From positions 2,786-66,785 of the IMG/VR virus record IMGVR_UViG_3300030491_000004: a stretch of 64,000 nt of DNA; one strand, given 5' to 3'. A model generated the notes under the pieces. The model had not been told where the DNA came from and did not search any database. It saw only the letters and a list, made by a program, of their open reading frames with translations. This document shows positions 28,300 to 38,221 of the stretch, piece by piece (the stretch's first letter is position 1; each line of letters begins with the position of its first letter). The position numbers and the translations under genes were made by a program. The stretch comes from a virus.

Positions 28300-28794
28300 A
28301 TGGGAATATTTTTAATTATCGTGATAGTGTCGAGTGTGAGTCTTTTTGTATTAATTATATTTAGTAGTTGCAAAAAAGTACACTTTGCGGAAAGTTTTGG
28401 AGAAACTGGGTATGCACATGAGGTATGGCTTGATTTAGTGAATTGTAAAATGGAAATTGAAAAAGAAGAGTCTAGGTTAGATAATTTAGATTTAGCTAAA
28501 CCTGGAGATTGTTATAGGTATAAGAACGAAAATAAATATTTTGTGTGTATGAGGATTTTGTCATTAACAGAAAATGGTGAAATTGTTATTGTTCGATTCT
28601 ATATCGTAAGTGATCCAGATGAAGAGTTGAACATAAAATACATTCTTAAACAAGAAGTTTTAGGGAAAATATATGTCAATAAAATTATAGAATCTTCTAT
28701 TAAAATAAGCGAAGAATCGTTTAATATTAAATTTAGGTGGTTTATAAATTCAGCTAGACTTAGAAGTTATCCAGTAGAATTTGGTAAAATTTAA
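28300..28794 (+). CDS. Membrane-anchored hypothetical protein
   Basis: N-terminal TM segment. Confidence 0.65.
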   Translation: MGIFLIIVIVSSVSLFVLIIFSSCKKVHFAESFGETGYAHEVWLDLVNCKMEIEKEESRLDNLDLAKPGDCYRYKNENKYFVCMRILSLTENGEIVIVRFYIVSDPDEELNIKYILKQEVLGKIYVNKIIESSIKISEESFNIKFRWFINSARLRSYPVEFGKI

Positions 28795-28799
28795 TAGCA

Positions 28800-29291
28800 A
28801 TGAAAAAGATAAGATATTCGATAAGTAAGTCTGGAGTTTCAATCACCAGGTGTAAATATAGGGATAATCTAAAATATATTGATGATTACAGGTTTCCGGA
28901 ATTACCTAAGTTTATTATGGTTGGTGGAAAAACATGTAGAAATTGCAGATATAATACCGGTTCTAATGCAAACAAACACTTCGTAAAGTGTAATTATAGG
29001 AAGATGTATGAAGACGATGGCTTTCCATGGGGTTGGCTACTGGGAATAGTCATTTTCTTTTTATCTATTTCTATTGCGATAAACACATCCATAAAAGAGG
29101 GGCAAAAAATACAATACAAATGTCTTGTACATTATGTAGATGGCGGCAATAAAGTAGTGGAAATAATATCCGTAACGCCTCCAGAAGTTGGGTTTTCTGA
29201 AAATAGTGGGTATTATTTAGGATATAACATTTGCGATAAAATATATTCGGTATCAAGAGTAGAAATTTTGGAAAAAGATTCTGTAAAATGA
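28800..29291 (+). CDS. Hypothetical membrane protein
   Basis: Cys-rich N-part, central TM segment. Confidence 0.65.
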   Translation: MKKIRYSISKSGVSITRCKYRDNLKYIDDYRFPELPKFIMVGGKTCRNCRYNTGSNANKHFVKCNYRKMYEDDGFPWGWLLGIVIFFLSISIAINTSIKEGQKIQYKCLVHYVDGGNKVVEIISVTPPEVGFSENSGYYLGYNICDKIYSVSRVEILEKDSVK

Positions 29292-29626
29292 ATATTATGG
29301 ATAAGGAAGATAGATTTAGATTTGTAGCCACTTCAGGGGTAGGAGGAGATTGTACTTCAAATTACAGGGTGAAGTTTTTTGGGCACATGACATTAGCTCA
29401 GATGTTAGATGAAATAATTTCCGAAAGATCAAATGAATGGGGTGATGTTAAGTATGTGGATGATAAGGATGTTGATCATTTCTTATTTGAATATAGGCAT
29501 GGAGATATTATCAAAAAGAGTGAGGAATATGAAAAATATAAAGATCAATTGATAAAAGATATAACAGCCAATGGTGGTTGGAGTTGTATGTGCTATCGAG
29601 TTTTTTTTAATTATAGAGAAGTTTAA
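29288..29626 (+). CDS. Hypothetical protein
   Basis: ORF track. Confidence 0.7.
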   Translation: MNIMDKEDRFRFVATSGVGGDCTSNYRVKFFGHMTLAQMLDEIISERSNEWGDVKYVDDKDVDHFLFEYRHGDIIKKSEEYEKYKDQLIKDITANGGWSCMCYRVFFNYREV

Positions 29627-29643
29627 ATTTTAAAATAAATATC

Positions 29644-30042
29644 ATGAAAAAAGAAAATAATAAAATTTCGTATGACAAATTTGGGAATAAGGCAAATCCA
29701 AACGTTTCTCTTGTTCCATTTTGTTTTTTAGATGGATGTGGAAGAATAGCTAAAGAACGTTCTGAGCAATTATTAAAGCATCATTGGTCTATTTCGGAGG
29801 ATAGATTTTATGGCCATGAGGAATTAGTTTCGGCTGCCAAGTTCTGTCTTACATTAAACGAAAAGGATTACCCTCATTCGTGGGGGAATTGGTGGTTTAA
29901 TAAAGTTATGGCTAAAAACAAGAGAATGACATCTACCGAATTTAGAGAAGAAATGCTGGCTATTTCTGGGGCATTGTGTGCAGCCGAAATTGATAGGCTG
30001 GAGTTTATCAGGAAGCAAACAGAAGAGAACAATGTATTATAA
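29644..30042 (+). CDS. Conserved phage helical protein (ER..Q...W...ED...EL..AA...GAL.AAEIDRL)
   Basis: Recognisable widespread phage motif; function not assigned. Confidence 0.7.
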   Translation: MKKENNKISYDKFGNKANPNVSLVPFCFLDGCGRIAKERSEQLLKHHWSISEDRFYGHEELVSAAKFCLTLNEKDYPHSWGNWWFNKVMAKNKRMTSTEFREEMLAISGALCAAEIDRLEFIRKQTEENNVL

Positions 30043-30280
30043 GCATCCAGAAGCCTTATCTACTGATTACAGGATAGTTAAAATTAAAACTGGGCAATTC
30101 AGAGTAGATTATAGAAAGAGGCTGTTAGGAATTTGTTGGTATGACAAGAATCTTAGGAGAGTTGATAAGGTTGATTGTGATGGGATTTGTATTCCCACAA
30201 TATTAAAATTCTCAATACGATGGAAGCCTCTTCTTTTTGATAATTATTTAGATGCGGTAAAATATAGGATCCAGATATGA
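29978..30280 (+). CDS. Hypothetical protein (likely start at internal MYYKH)
   Basis: ORF track. Confidence 0.55.
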   Translation: MQPKLIGWSLSGSKQKRTMYYKHPEALSTDYRIVKIKTGQFRVDYRKRLLGICWYDKNLRRVDKVDCDGICIPTILKFSIRWKPLLFDNYLDAVKYRIQI

Positions 30281-30549
30281 AATTAATAGACACATTAAAG
30301 AAGTGGCCGCCAATAAAATTATCAAAAAATATTATTGATGGACTTGAAAATTTTGATCCTGAAAAGTATAGGCTTACAACCAAACGTATAATAAAACTTA
30401 CTAAAAACAAACATCATAGTGAGTGCACAAAAGAGGTTGTTGAAGTTATCAGAAAGGAGTTAGTTATAAATAAATTTCCAAGAAAAAAGAAAAAGGAGAT
30501 TTTGTCTAAATTGAGAACAGGTAATTATATGGTAGCAATTATAACATGA
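30277..30549 (+). CDS. Basic hypothetical protein
   Basis: ORF track. Confidence 0.6.
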   Translation: MKLIDTLKKWPPIKLSKNIIDGLENFDPEKYRLTTKRIIKLTKNKHHSECTKEVVEVIRKELVINKFPRKKKKEILSKLRTGNYMVAIIT

Positions 30550-30713
30550 AAACAAATGGCAAATAAAGCATTAACAGTCGGAGAGCTTATAGATGAACTT
30601 CTAAAACACCCTATGGACGCTCCAGTTTGGGTAGATACTGAACTTGGCACAGCAAACATTACAAGTGTGTGTCTTTATGAAGATAGTGTAGTAATGCTCT
30701 GGGCGGAAAGAAA

Positions 30714-31130
30714 TTGATTATGGAAGAGTTTGAGATTGAAGAATATTTGAAAACAATTGGAGTAAATTTTACCCTAAATGGTGGAAACGAAAAATCTATT
30801 ATTCAAATAGGAATGGTAGAAATACCTGTATGGTATATTACATGTCCTATTTGTCATGAAAGATTGGATGTTTACATAACTCCAGTAATTAAGAGCATAT
30901 ACCGCATTTCTTTAAGAGGGGAATTGAGACAACAATTTCATTCTTCTAAAAAAGATGGATCCTCTTATATAGATCACTTTAATGGATTTATGTGGTGTAA
31001 GCACAGATGTTTAGGTAAGCCCATAGAGGTTCAGATAAGTAATATATTTCCTAATCCAGTAACGGAAGAGGATAAAAAAGACATACAAAGAATTCAAAAC
31101 GAATTGTACAATCATGAACGATCTTATTAA
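30714..31130 (+). CDS. Hypothetical protein
   Basis: ORF track. Confidence 0.65.
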   Translation: MIMEEFEIEEYLKTIGVNFTLNGGNEKSIIQIGMVEIPVWYITCPICHERLDVYITPVIKSIYRISLRGELRQQFHSSKKDGSSYIDHFNGFMWCKHRCLGKPIEVQISNIFPNPVTEEDKKDIQRIQNELYNHERSY

Positions 31131-31452
31131 AATTACAAATATCGAAACCTTAAAGGTTGGAGATAAAATAACAAGAATAGATTCAGAAGACCTTAGGGTT
31201 TATGAAGTTATAGCTTTTGATGATAAGTTGCATCATTATGTTTATTTAATTGATGTAGTTACCCGAGAGCCTATAAGGATTTATACTGGTAATATAAATA
31301 AACCTATTAGTATATCTGGTGAGTGGTATTGGGGGGCTGATGCGGAGTTCTCCGTAAAAAGACAAATAGAACTCATGAAGCTGAAAGTTTTAAGAAGAGA
31401 GTCTTACCTTGGTACTATAAGAATAGGAGAAAAAACTATTAAATTCCAGTGA
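31114..31452 (+). CDS. Hypothetical protein
   Basis: ORF track. Confidence 0.65.
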   Translation: MNDLIKITNIETLKVGDKITRIDSEDLRVYEVIAFDDKLHHYVYLIDVVTREPIRIYTGNINKPISISGEWYWGADAEFSVKRQIELMKLKVLRRESYLGTIRIGEKTIKFQ

Positions 31453-31850
31453 CGATGATTGAAGATACATTAACTGGAAGCCAAATGGAAGATCTAATAA
31501 AATTAGGAATTCCTGTCAGACATGAAGGCAGTTTAATTTTTTTGTTTACTTCAAAGAATCTTTGGAATTTACTGAACGAAACATTGAAGCATGTAGAAGA
31601 ATTGAATCCAAATATGAAATTTGCTATTAATGTGAGTAGAGGAGATGTGGGTGCCGAACAATGGATTGGTCGTAATCAATATCACCCATTAGTAAATTAC
31701 ACAGCTTCATTGCTTGTAAGAATTAAAAATTGTGATGTTGAAAAAGATGTATTTACAGAGGTGTCAGAAAATTATATGGAATCTCTGTTTTTTCTTATTT
31801 GTGAGATGGCTAAAGCTGGAATGATGAATTTTTTAAAAGAAAATAAATAA
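31449..31850 (+). CDS. Hypothetical protein
   Basis: ORF track. Confidence 0.7.
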   Translation: MTMIEDTLTGSQMEDLIKLGIPVRHEGSLIFLFTSKNLWNLLNETLKHVEELNPNMKFAINVSRGDVGAEQWIGRNQYHPLVNYTASLLVRIKNCDVEKDVFTEVSENYMESLFFLICEMAKAGMMNFLKENK

Positions 31851-31853
31851 TAT

Positions 31854-32279
31854 ATGGGAGCATTCATATGTAGGCAGCCTAACGGTTTGCTTTGTAGATT
31901 TTCTACAGTAGTTGACACTATTACGGATTACAACTTAACAGAACAGCAGTACATAAAGATGTGTGCTAAGGGAAATATCGGGGAAGCTGGAGCTATTGAC
32001 ATAATCAAACATCATCTTCAGCCATTCTCAGAAGTAAAAGATCATTTCATAAACAGCAACATGACTAAAAAGGAGTTTAATGAAATATTGAAAGATATGG
32101 AATTATATACTTTAAAATTTACCAAGAAAGAACTTGAAAAAGTGATAAATGGTATAGATTCGTATTCTTCCAGTTGTGATGGGGTTGGCGATGAAGAAGT
32201 AAGTGGAGAAATGCATAAGTGTGTTGATGCGTTTGATAAGGCCTTAAGAAAAATAGGAATTAAAAGACATTTCAAATGA
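31854..32279 (+). CDS. Hypothetical protein (RQPNGLLCRFSTVVD motif)
   Basis: ORF track. Confidence 0.7.
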   Translation: MGAFICRQPNGLLCRFSTVVDTITDYNLTEQQYIKMCAKGNIGEAGAIDIIKHHLQPFSEVKDHFINSNMTKKEFNEILKDMELYTLKFTKKELEKVINGIDSYSSSCDGVGDEEVSGEMHKCVDAFDKALRKIGIKRHFK

Positions 32280-32347
32280 AAAAATGCAAAGATTGTGTTT
32301 ATTGCGAGATGGCTAAAAATGGGATGATGAATTTTTTAAAGGAGTAA
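32276..32347 (+). pseudogene. Chimeric mini-ORF / recombination scar
   Basis: 5' half matches the start of ORF 32607 and 3' half matches the end of ORF 31449..31850. Confidence 0.7.
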
Positions 32348-32354
32348 TAAAATT

Positions 32355-32588
32355 ATGAGTAAATTTATAGAAGTACTTAATAAAAATAACAGTAAGGAAT
32401 TTATTAATGTTTTTTATATAATTCGTATGTTTGAAGAAGAGGATGTGGGTACAACGTCAAATAACCGTGGAAAATATGTATCATTTACACGTGTATCTAT
32501 ACATGTAAGAGACACACAATTTCTTTATCATGTCAATATGGAGATGGGTAGTTTTTTAAAAATGATAATCAACACTCCAGATTTATGA
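32355..32588 (+). CDS. Hypothetical protein
   Basis: ORF track. Confidence 0.6.
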   Translation: MSKFIEVLNKNNSKEFINVFYIIRMFEEEDVGTTSNNRGKYVSFTRVSIHVRDTQFLYHVNMEMGSFLKMIINTPDL

Positions 32589-32606
32589 AATTTAAAAACA
32601 TTTAAA

Positions 32607-32774
32607 ATGAAAAAATGTAAAGATTGTATTTATTGCGAAGGAGAAGTTTATGGATATTCTGGATGCCATCCTCGTGTAAATAAGAAATATAGATGCCAAA
32701 TAAACCGTTTTGTTCCTCCAATTATTCATTTAAATAATTGGGCATGTGGTAAATTTGAACAAAAGAAAAAATGA
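32607..32774 (+). CDS. Small Cys-rich protein (55 aa, not in ORF track)
   Basis: MKKCKDCIYC...IIHLNNWAC; paralog of 32963..33187. Confidence 0.65.
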   Translation: MKKCKDCIYCEGEVYGYSGCHPRVNKKYRCQINRFVPPIIHLNNWACGKFEQKKK

Positions 32775-32796
32775 TTAACTTAATAAATAAAACATT

Positions 32797-32997
32797 ATGT
32801 GGTTAAGAAGAGATGAGGATGGTAACTTAAAATTATATCTGAATATTCCTTGGGACGAAGAACGTTATTCGGGTACAGAGTTATGTAGTTTACCTATGAA
32901 CCTATACCCTGAAGTAACTTTAGAAAATAGTCCAGTAGAAATTGAACTTAAAATAAAAGAGAATGATAGTTCAGAAATTACAGACACATTTGAATGA
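32797..32997 (+). CDS. Hypothetical protein
   Basis: ORF track. Confidence 0.65.
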   Translation: MWLRRDEDGNLKLYLNIPWDEERYSGTELCSLPMNLYPEVTLENSPVEIELKIKENDSSEITDTFE

Positions 32998-33187
32998 TAA
33001 CAAAAAATGTAAAAGTTGTTCATTTTGTAATGGTACTTTGAATTATGGATATTCGATGGTAAGGAAAAATAAAAGATACAATTGTATTATTAAACCAAGC
33101 CATATGTCAATTATTCATTTAAACGATTCAGCTTGCAGTAATTTTAAGCAAAAGGAAAATGAAAATACAAAAGATAGTAGTTGGTGA
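32963..33187 (+). CDS. Small Cys-rich protein
   Basis: CKSCSFC...IIHLNDSAC. Confidence 0.6.
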   Translation: MIVQKLQTHLNDNKKCKSCSFCNGTLNYGYSMVRKNKRYNCIIKPSHMSIIHLNDSACSNFKQKENENTKDSSW

Positions 33188-33383
33188 TTCTGGAAGAGTT
33201 AGAGCGTACGAGGTTGGTGTAGACAAAGTAACAGCAATAGAACTATCCAGGAGATGTGCTGGCAGTGAAGTAATAGGAGAAGATTATTTGGTGATGAAGA
33301 AGGGTAGGATTCAAAAAAGAATTCACGCTATAGAATGGAGAGAAGGAAAAAGGTATCATAAGGTAGATGTAACACGTAAATAA
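33159..33383 (+). CDS. Hypothetical protein
   Basis: ORF track. Confidence 0.6.
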   Translation: MKIQKIVVGDSGRVRAYEVGVDKVTAIELSRRCAGSEVIGEDYLVMKKGRIQKRIHAIEWREGKRYHKVDVTRK

Positions 33384-33391
33384 AAATAATC

Positions 33392-33622
33392 ATGAAAATA
33401 GAAAACATTGAAAAAGGATCTAAATTGTTTAAAGATCTTGAAGATATAAACGCTATATTGGAAAAATATCAATTTGGGGCAAACGGAAAATATCATTTTA
33501 CATTTAGTGAAGATGGGCTTATGGGTAAAATTATACAGGTTCCACGCTCAGTATATAAGGATTTTATTAAGAGTCTTTATGAGAATAAGGAAAAAATAGA
33601 AAATCAAATAAGAGAATTATGA
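33392..33622 (+). CDS. Hypothetical protein
   Basis: ORF track. Confidence 0.6.
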   Translation: MKIENIEKGSKLFKDLEDINAILEKYQFGANGKYHFTFSEDGLMGKIIQVPRSVYKDFIKSLYENKEKIENQIREL

Positions 33623-33930
33623 AAAATATTACAGAGAAGTATTACGGTAAAAGTAGGAATGAAGTTCAACCTCTTATAATGAAAAAGTATAATTTACTCC
33701 AGAAAGATTGGGACAGGTTGACTTTTTTGTGGTATTACTATGGTATGATAGGGGTAGATCATATTGACAAAAGATCTAAACCTAATCATTATTTTCTCCA
33801 GGGTATACTTGAACATTGCATTATCGAGTGGCATGTTTGGGGAAAGGACATGAATCCTGAACTTATTGAGATATTCAGAAAAGAGTTTCCTCAACTTATG
33901 ACTAATGATTTAGAATTTGATCTAGGATAA
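33619..33930 (+). CDS. Hypothetical protein
   Basis: ORF track. Confidence 0.65.
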   Translation: MKNITEKYYGKSRNEVQPLIMKKYNLLQKDWDRLTFLWYYYGMIGVDHIDKRSKPNHYFLQGILEHCIIEWHVWGKDMNPELIEIFRKEFPQLMTNDLEFDLG

Positions 33931-33932
33931 TT

Positions 33933-34178
33933 ATGAAAACTAGAGCGTTAAAAACGAGAAATGGAAACATACTTTATGGGTACGAGTTCACTTTAGATAG
34001 TGGAAGGAAAATAAAGCTATCAAATAGAGGATCTGATTCCGCTATACCTATTGGATGTATGCTTGAATTAACAAAAGATTTTTGTTCGTTTGGCATATGG
34101 ATGAGTAAAGAAGAGATATTAGAAATTGCCAGTAAAATGGTTGAATTGACTGAATGTTGCGAAGAAAATAAAGGATAA
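33933..34178 (+). CDS. Hypothetical protein
   Basis: ORF track. Confidence 0.6.
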   Translation: MKTRALKTRNGNILYGYEFTLDSGRKIKLSNRGSDSAIPIGCMLELTKDFCSFGIWMSKEEILEIASKMVELTECCEENKG

Positions 34179-34355
34179 TATGAAATGTAAATTAGATTAC
34201 GATTGCCGCGAATGTCCATATAATCATTCATGTGGATATGAAAAGAAAAAGTATTTTAACTGGCTTCCCATTGCAATAATTGGATGGGTATTATTTTGTA
34301 TTTTTCTTTTATTTACTGGAGTATTTAGAAATTAATTAACTAATAAATAAGAATT

Positions 34356-34628
34356 ATGTCAAAAGAAATGCAATGTGTAATATTTATTGTGGTATATTTT
34401 TCAGGGATAGCTTTAAATTTTAAAGTTCTAAATGTTGGAAGAAAGTATAAATTTCCACAACCAAAAAGGGATAAGGATGGATATTGGAATGAAGTTGGGG
34501 AATATAAGGATTTTGGATTTATGTTAGCAACAGCATCTTCGTGGATTGGAGTATTTTTCAAAATACTTTGTGATTACAAAATGTTCATTAATTTAATAAA
34601 AGTACAATGGAAAAAGAAACACGCATAA
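34356..34628 (+). CDS. Small membrane protein
   Basis: Two hydrophobic segments. Confidence 0.6.
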   Translation: MSKEMQCVIFIVVYFSGIALNFKVLNVGRKYKFPQPKRDKDGYWNEVGEYKDFGFMLATASSWIGVFFKILCDYKMFINLIKVQWKKKHA

Positions 34629-34969
34629 AGAAAACCATAAAAATGGACATAACAAAAGGAATTCCATTTACAACAGATTGTTGCGGAAAGGAAGATTTGG
34701 ACTTTAATATAATAAGTGTAGATACTAGATATTGGAGAGATATGACTGCAATGTGTACATTTAGACTATTGAGTAATCAAGATTCGGAAAGGTGGCTCCC
34801 AGATGGTACTAGGGCCGATATTTGTAATGAGGGAGTTGATCTTCTTGAAAGCGGATATATCTCAGGGAATAACAAAGAAGAAACTCAGCAAAATGTTAGG
34901 AACTGGATAAATAAAAATATTTTAAAAGTTATGAAAATGGCTATTAAAAAAATGGAAGATGGGATTTAG
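34607..34969 (+). CDS. Hypothetical protein
   Basis: ORF track. Confidence 0.65.
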   Translation: MEKETRIKKTIKMDITKGIPFTTDCCGKEDLDFNIISVDTRYWRDMTAMCTFRLLSNQDSERWLPDGTRADICNEGVDLLESGYISGNNKEETQQNVRNWINKNILKVMKMAIKKMEDGI

Positions 34970-35300
34970 ATGTATCAGGTGTGGAAAAGATTTTGGCCAT
35001 GACAAGAAAGCTTTGGAGAGACATTTCCAAGAATCCGCAGATTGCAGTGTAATAAAAGATCTAACACTAACGGGAATTGATGGCATTAAGAAAGTAAAAC
35101 ATACCTCATCTCATAAAAATTACGAGAATATCTCAGAAAATCACCGTTGGATTAAACAAAATATTATTTCCAATGATGATGGTTGGGATTCCGTTGTTTG
35201 TTCTAGGTGTGGAATTAAAGCAAAAAGACATTTTAGTGATTTTAAATTTGACATGAGAAGTTCAATGAATAAAATAGAAAATTGTACAGATGATAAATAA
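34959..35300 (+). CDS. Zinc-finger protein
   Basis: CIRCGKDF...H...C and CSRCG. Confidence 0.65.
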   Translation: MGFRCIRCGKDFGHDKKALERHFQESADCSVIKDLTLTGIDGIKKVKHTSSHKNYENISENHRWIKQNIISNDDGWDSVVCSRCGIKAKRHFSDFKFDMRSSMNKIENCTDDK

Positions 35301-37071
35301 CGACATAGAATTAATATACGTAGACTTGTTTTGCGGAGCCGGTGGAACAAGTACTGGAGTAGAAGAGGCTGTAATTAATGGAAAGAAATGTGCCAAGGTG
35401 GTAATATGTGTAAATCATGACAAAAACGCTATAATAAGCCATCTACAAAATCATCCAGATACTCTTCATTTTACTGAAGACATTAGAGTTTTAGCTTTGA
35501 TGAGACTCCGGGTGTATTTAAATCAATGTCGATTAATGTATCCAAATGCCAGGGTTGTGCTATGGGCAAGTCTGGAATGTACTAATTTCAGTAAGGCTAA
35601 GGGCGGCCAACCACGCGATGCGGATAGCAGAACCTTGGCAGATCATCTGTTCAGATACATAGAAGCAATTAATCCGGACTACATTCAGATAGAAAATGTT
35701 GAAGAATTTATGGGTTGGGGCGACATGGACGATAAGGGGCACCCTATTTCAAAAGATAAGGGTCGTCTTTACGACTTATGGGTTAAAAAGGTAAAGAAGT
35801 ACGGTTACAATTTTGATCACCGTATATTGAATGCAGCGGACTATGGAGCCTATACAACTAGAAAAAGATTTTTTGGAATATTCGCAAAATATGGCTATCC
35901 AATAATATTTCCACAAACAACATACTCAAAGAAAACTGATAAAAAATCTTCTTTAAAACCATGGAAGCCTGTGAAAGATGTATTAGATTTTTCAGATGAA
36001 GGGAATTCTATATTTTCCAGAAAGAAGCCGTTGGTAGAACATACCCTGGAAAGAATATATGCTGGGCTGATAAAGTTTGTTGCCGGCGGTAAAGATTCTT
36101 TTATTCAGCAACGTAATTCAGGGCCTGGTAAAAGCAGAGTACTTTCAATAGATCGTCCAGCAAGAACGGTTACTACTACCGGTGGTAATATGGAGTTGGT
36201 AAAAACATGTTTTCTTTCAAAGCAATTCTCTGGAGCACCAGGTAGTAAAAATATTTCAGTTAATGGTCCAGCAGGTGCTATAACTACAATAGATCACCAT
36301 GCGTTTATTTCTACGTATTATGGACATGGAACAAATCAATCATTAAGATTACCATCGCCAACCGTTCTAACAAAAGATAGGCTTTCACTTGTTCGTCCTT
36401 TCTTTGCTAATTATTATTCTGGAGGCGGACAACTTGGCAGTGTTTTGGAACCATGTGCGGCAGTTCTTACAAATCCCAAACAAAGATTGGTTAATCCGGT
36501 ATTTATTGATCAACAATTTGGTAAAAGCAAACCTACCTCAATCAATAAACCTGTAGGATGCGTTACCACAAATCCCAAATATGCAGTAGTAAGTTGCAAA
36601 CCATGGATTATGGACACAAGTTTTAAAAATATAGGAAGTTCTATTGATAAACCTTCAAATGTAATAACAGCAAATAGAAAATGGCATTATCTTATGAATC
36701 CTCAGTTCAATAGTGCTGGTGGAAGTATAGACAAACCATGTTTTACTCTTATTGCTAGAATGGATAAGATGCCACCTTATCTAATAGCTCCACAGAACGG
36801 TGTGAATGCTATAACTGTACTTGACACTGATTCTCCTATGACTGTAAAAATAAAGCAGTTTATGATCATGTATGGGATAATTGATATAAAAATGAGAATG
36901 TTGAAAATTCCAGAGTTGAAAAAGATAATGGGGTTCCCTGAAGACTACAAGTTGATAGGAACCCAAGCTGAACAAAAGAAATTTATCGGTAACGCTGTAG
37001 AGGTTAATATGGCTAAAGTTTTGTGTGAATCATTGTGCAATAAACTTTTAAAAGAAAAACAATATGCGTAG
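35290..37071 (+). CDS. DNA (cytosine-5) methyltransferase with repeated variable region
   Basis: DLFCGAGG (I), SLEC (IV), ENV (VI), TRKRFF (VIII), RML...MGFP (IX), IGNAV (X). Confidence 0.92.
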   Translation: MINNDIELIYVDLFCGAGGTSTGVEEAVINGKKCAKVVICVNHDKNAIISHLQNHPDTLHFTEDIRVLALMRLRVYLNQCRLMYPNARVVLWASLECTNFSKAKGGQPRDADSRTLADHLFRYIEAINPDYIQIENVEEFMGWGDMDDKGHPISKDKGRLYDLWVKKVKKYGYNFDHRILNAADYGAYTTRKRFFGIFAKYGYPIIFPQTTYSKKTDKKSSLKPWKPVKDVLDFSDEGNSIFSRKKPLVEHTLERIYAGLIKFVAGGKDSFIQQRNSGPGKSRVLSIDRPARTVTTTGGNMELVKTCFLSKQFSGAPGSKNISVNGPAGAITTIDHHAFISTYYGHGTNQSLRLPSPTVLTKDRLSLVRPFFANYYSGGGQLGSVLEPCAAVLTNPKQRLVNPVFIDQQFGKSKPTSINKPVGCVTTNPKYAVVSCKPWIMDTSFKNIGSSIDKPSNVITANRKWHYLMNPQFNSAGGSIDKPCFTLIARMDKMPPYLIAPQNGVNAITVLDTDSPMTVKIKQFMIMYGIIDIKMRMLKIPELKKIMGFPEDYKLIGTQAEQKKFIGNAVEVNMAKVLCESLCNKLLKEKQYA

Positions 37072-37450
37072 AGCTGACGATTACGAAGATCATGAGGAAG
37101 ATACCTGTACAAAGTGTGAAATTCTTGGATATTCTACTCAAACAATACACATGTCTCCCGAACAAGTGAGAAAACTTGTCATTGAATTTCAGAAATTAGA
37201 ACTGAAAGAGGGATTAAATAGAAGGCAAAGAGAACTGGAAGAGTTTGCAAGAATTGAAAATGAAAGATACGAGAAGCTTTTAAAGGAAGCAGAAAAAGAG
37301 GCTAGAAAATTAAGGAAAAAAGTAACATTTAACATATATCAGAATTATTTTTGGAAAAGAAAACAGTACATTTGCAAAGGTCACATAGAAAGACCCAGAA
37401 TAAAGCCAAGAAATAATATAAGAAGTAATGGAAATAAAGGTCAAATTTAG
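37064..37450 (+). CDS. Hypothetical coiled-coil protein
   Basis: ORF track. Confidence 0.65.
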   Translation: MRRADDYEDHEEDTCTKCEILGYSTQTIHMSPEQVRKLVIEFQKLELKEGLNRRQRELEEFARIENERYEKLLKEAEKEARKLRKKVTFNIYQNYFWKRKQYICKGHIERPRIKPRNNIRSNGNKGQI

Positions 37451-37883
37451 AGGAAAAGATAAAACCGGTATCTGGAGATTTGGTGATTTTACTCACTCTC
37501 AGGGTATCGGAGAAGACGGAAAACTTCATCCAAGAATATTGATTGGGGGGTACGAAGTTAATAACCGTACTATTGGAAGAATGCTTGCAGAATCTATTCC
37601 AAACAATTACGAACTATGGGAAGGATTTGAAATATATAATGGAGATATAGTAAAATTTTTGGATTTTTCAGACTCGTATTTTTCAAAAGAAAAATCTGAA
37701 TTTGAGATGTGTTGTTCAAAAAAAGAAAGTTTAGTTAATGTGTGTGGAGACATATATTTGGGTAATGGAAAAAAAGTCCAAGTTGGAGCTTCTCCGCATA
37801 TCGAAATTTTAAATGTTTTAGGAAATATATTTGATAACCCAGAATTAACAGATTACGAATATGGAGAACATGAATGGAGATGA
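37428..37883 (+). CDS. YopX family protein
   Basis: IKVKFRGK...W.FG...EIYNGDIV...VLGNIFDNPEL. Confidence 0.8.
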   Translation: MEIKVKFRGKDKTGIWRFGDFTHSQGIGEDGKLHPRILIGGYEVNNRTIGRMLAESIPNNYELWEGFEIYNGDIVKFLDFSDSYFSKEKSEFEMCCSKKESLVNVCGDIYLGNGKKVQVGASPHIEILNVLGNIFDNPELTDYEYGEHEWR

Positions 37884-38217
37884 TGTTGTTTTAATAAAAG
37901 AAAAATCTACCGGGAAAGTGATCGCCGCAAGATTTTTTATGGATACTCCTAATCACAAAATGGTTTGGGGTAACGTGGATTTTCCATACGAATACCACGA
38001 TCATATTGATGTGGTAATAATGGATGATTCGATTAGAGATACTTTTAAAAATGAAAATATAGAATACGTGAAACTATTTAATAGTATACTTTTTGGATAT
38101 GCGTCTATTTCAACTAAAAACGGTAATCCTCACATATTTCAAGAATCAGACATTAATTATATTGCGGAAGGCGCACAATTAGCGCTGGATAAATTAAAAC
38201 AATTAGGAAGAATATAG
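37861..38217 (+). CDS. Hypothetical protein
   Basis: ORF track. Confidence 0.65.
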   Translation: MENMNGDDVVLIKEKSTGKVIAARFFMDTPNHKMVWGNVDFPYEYHDHIDVVIMDDSIRDTFKNENIEYVKLFNSILFGYASISTKNGNPHIFQESDINYIAEGAQLALDKLKQLGRI

Positions 38218-38221
38218 AATT

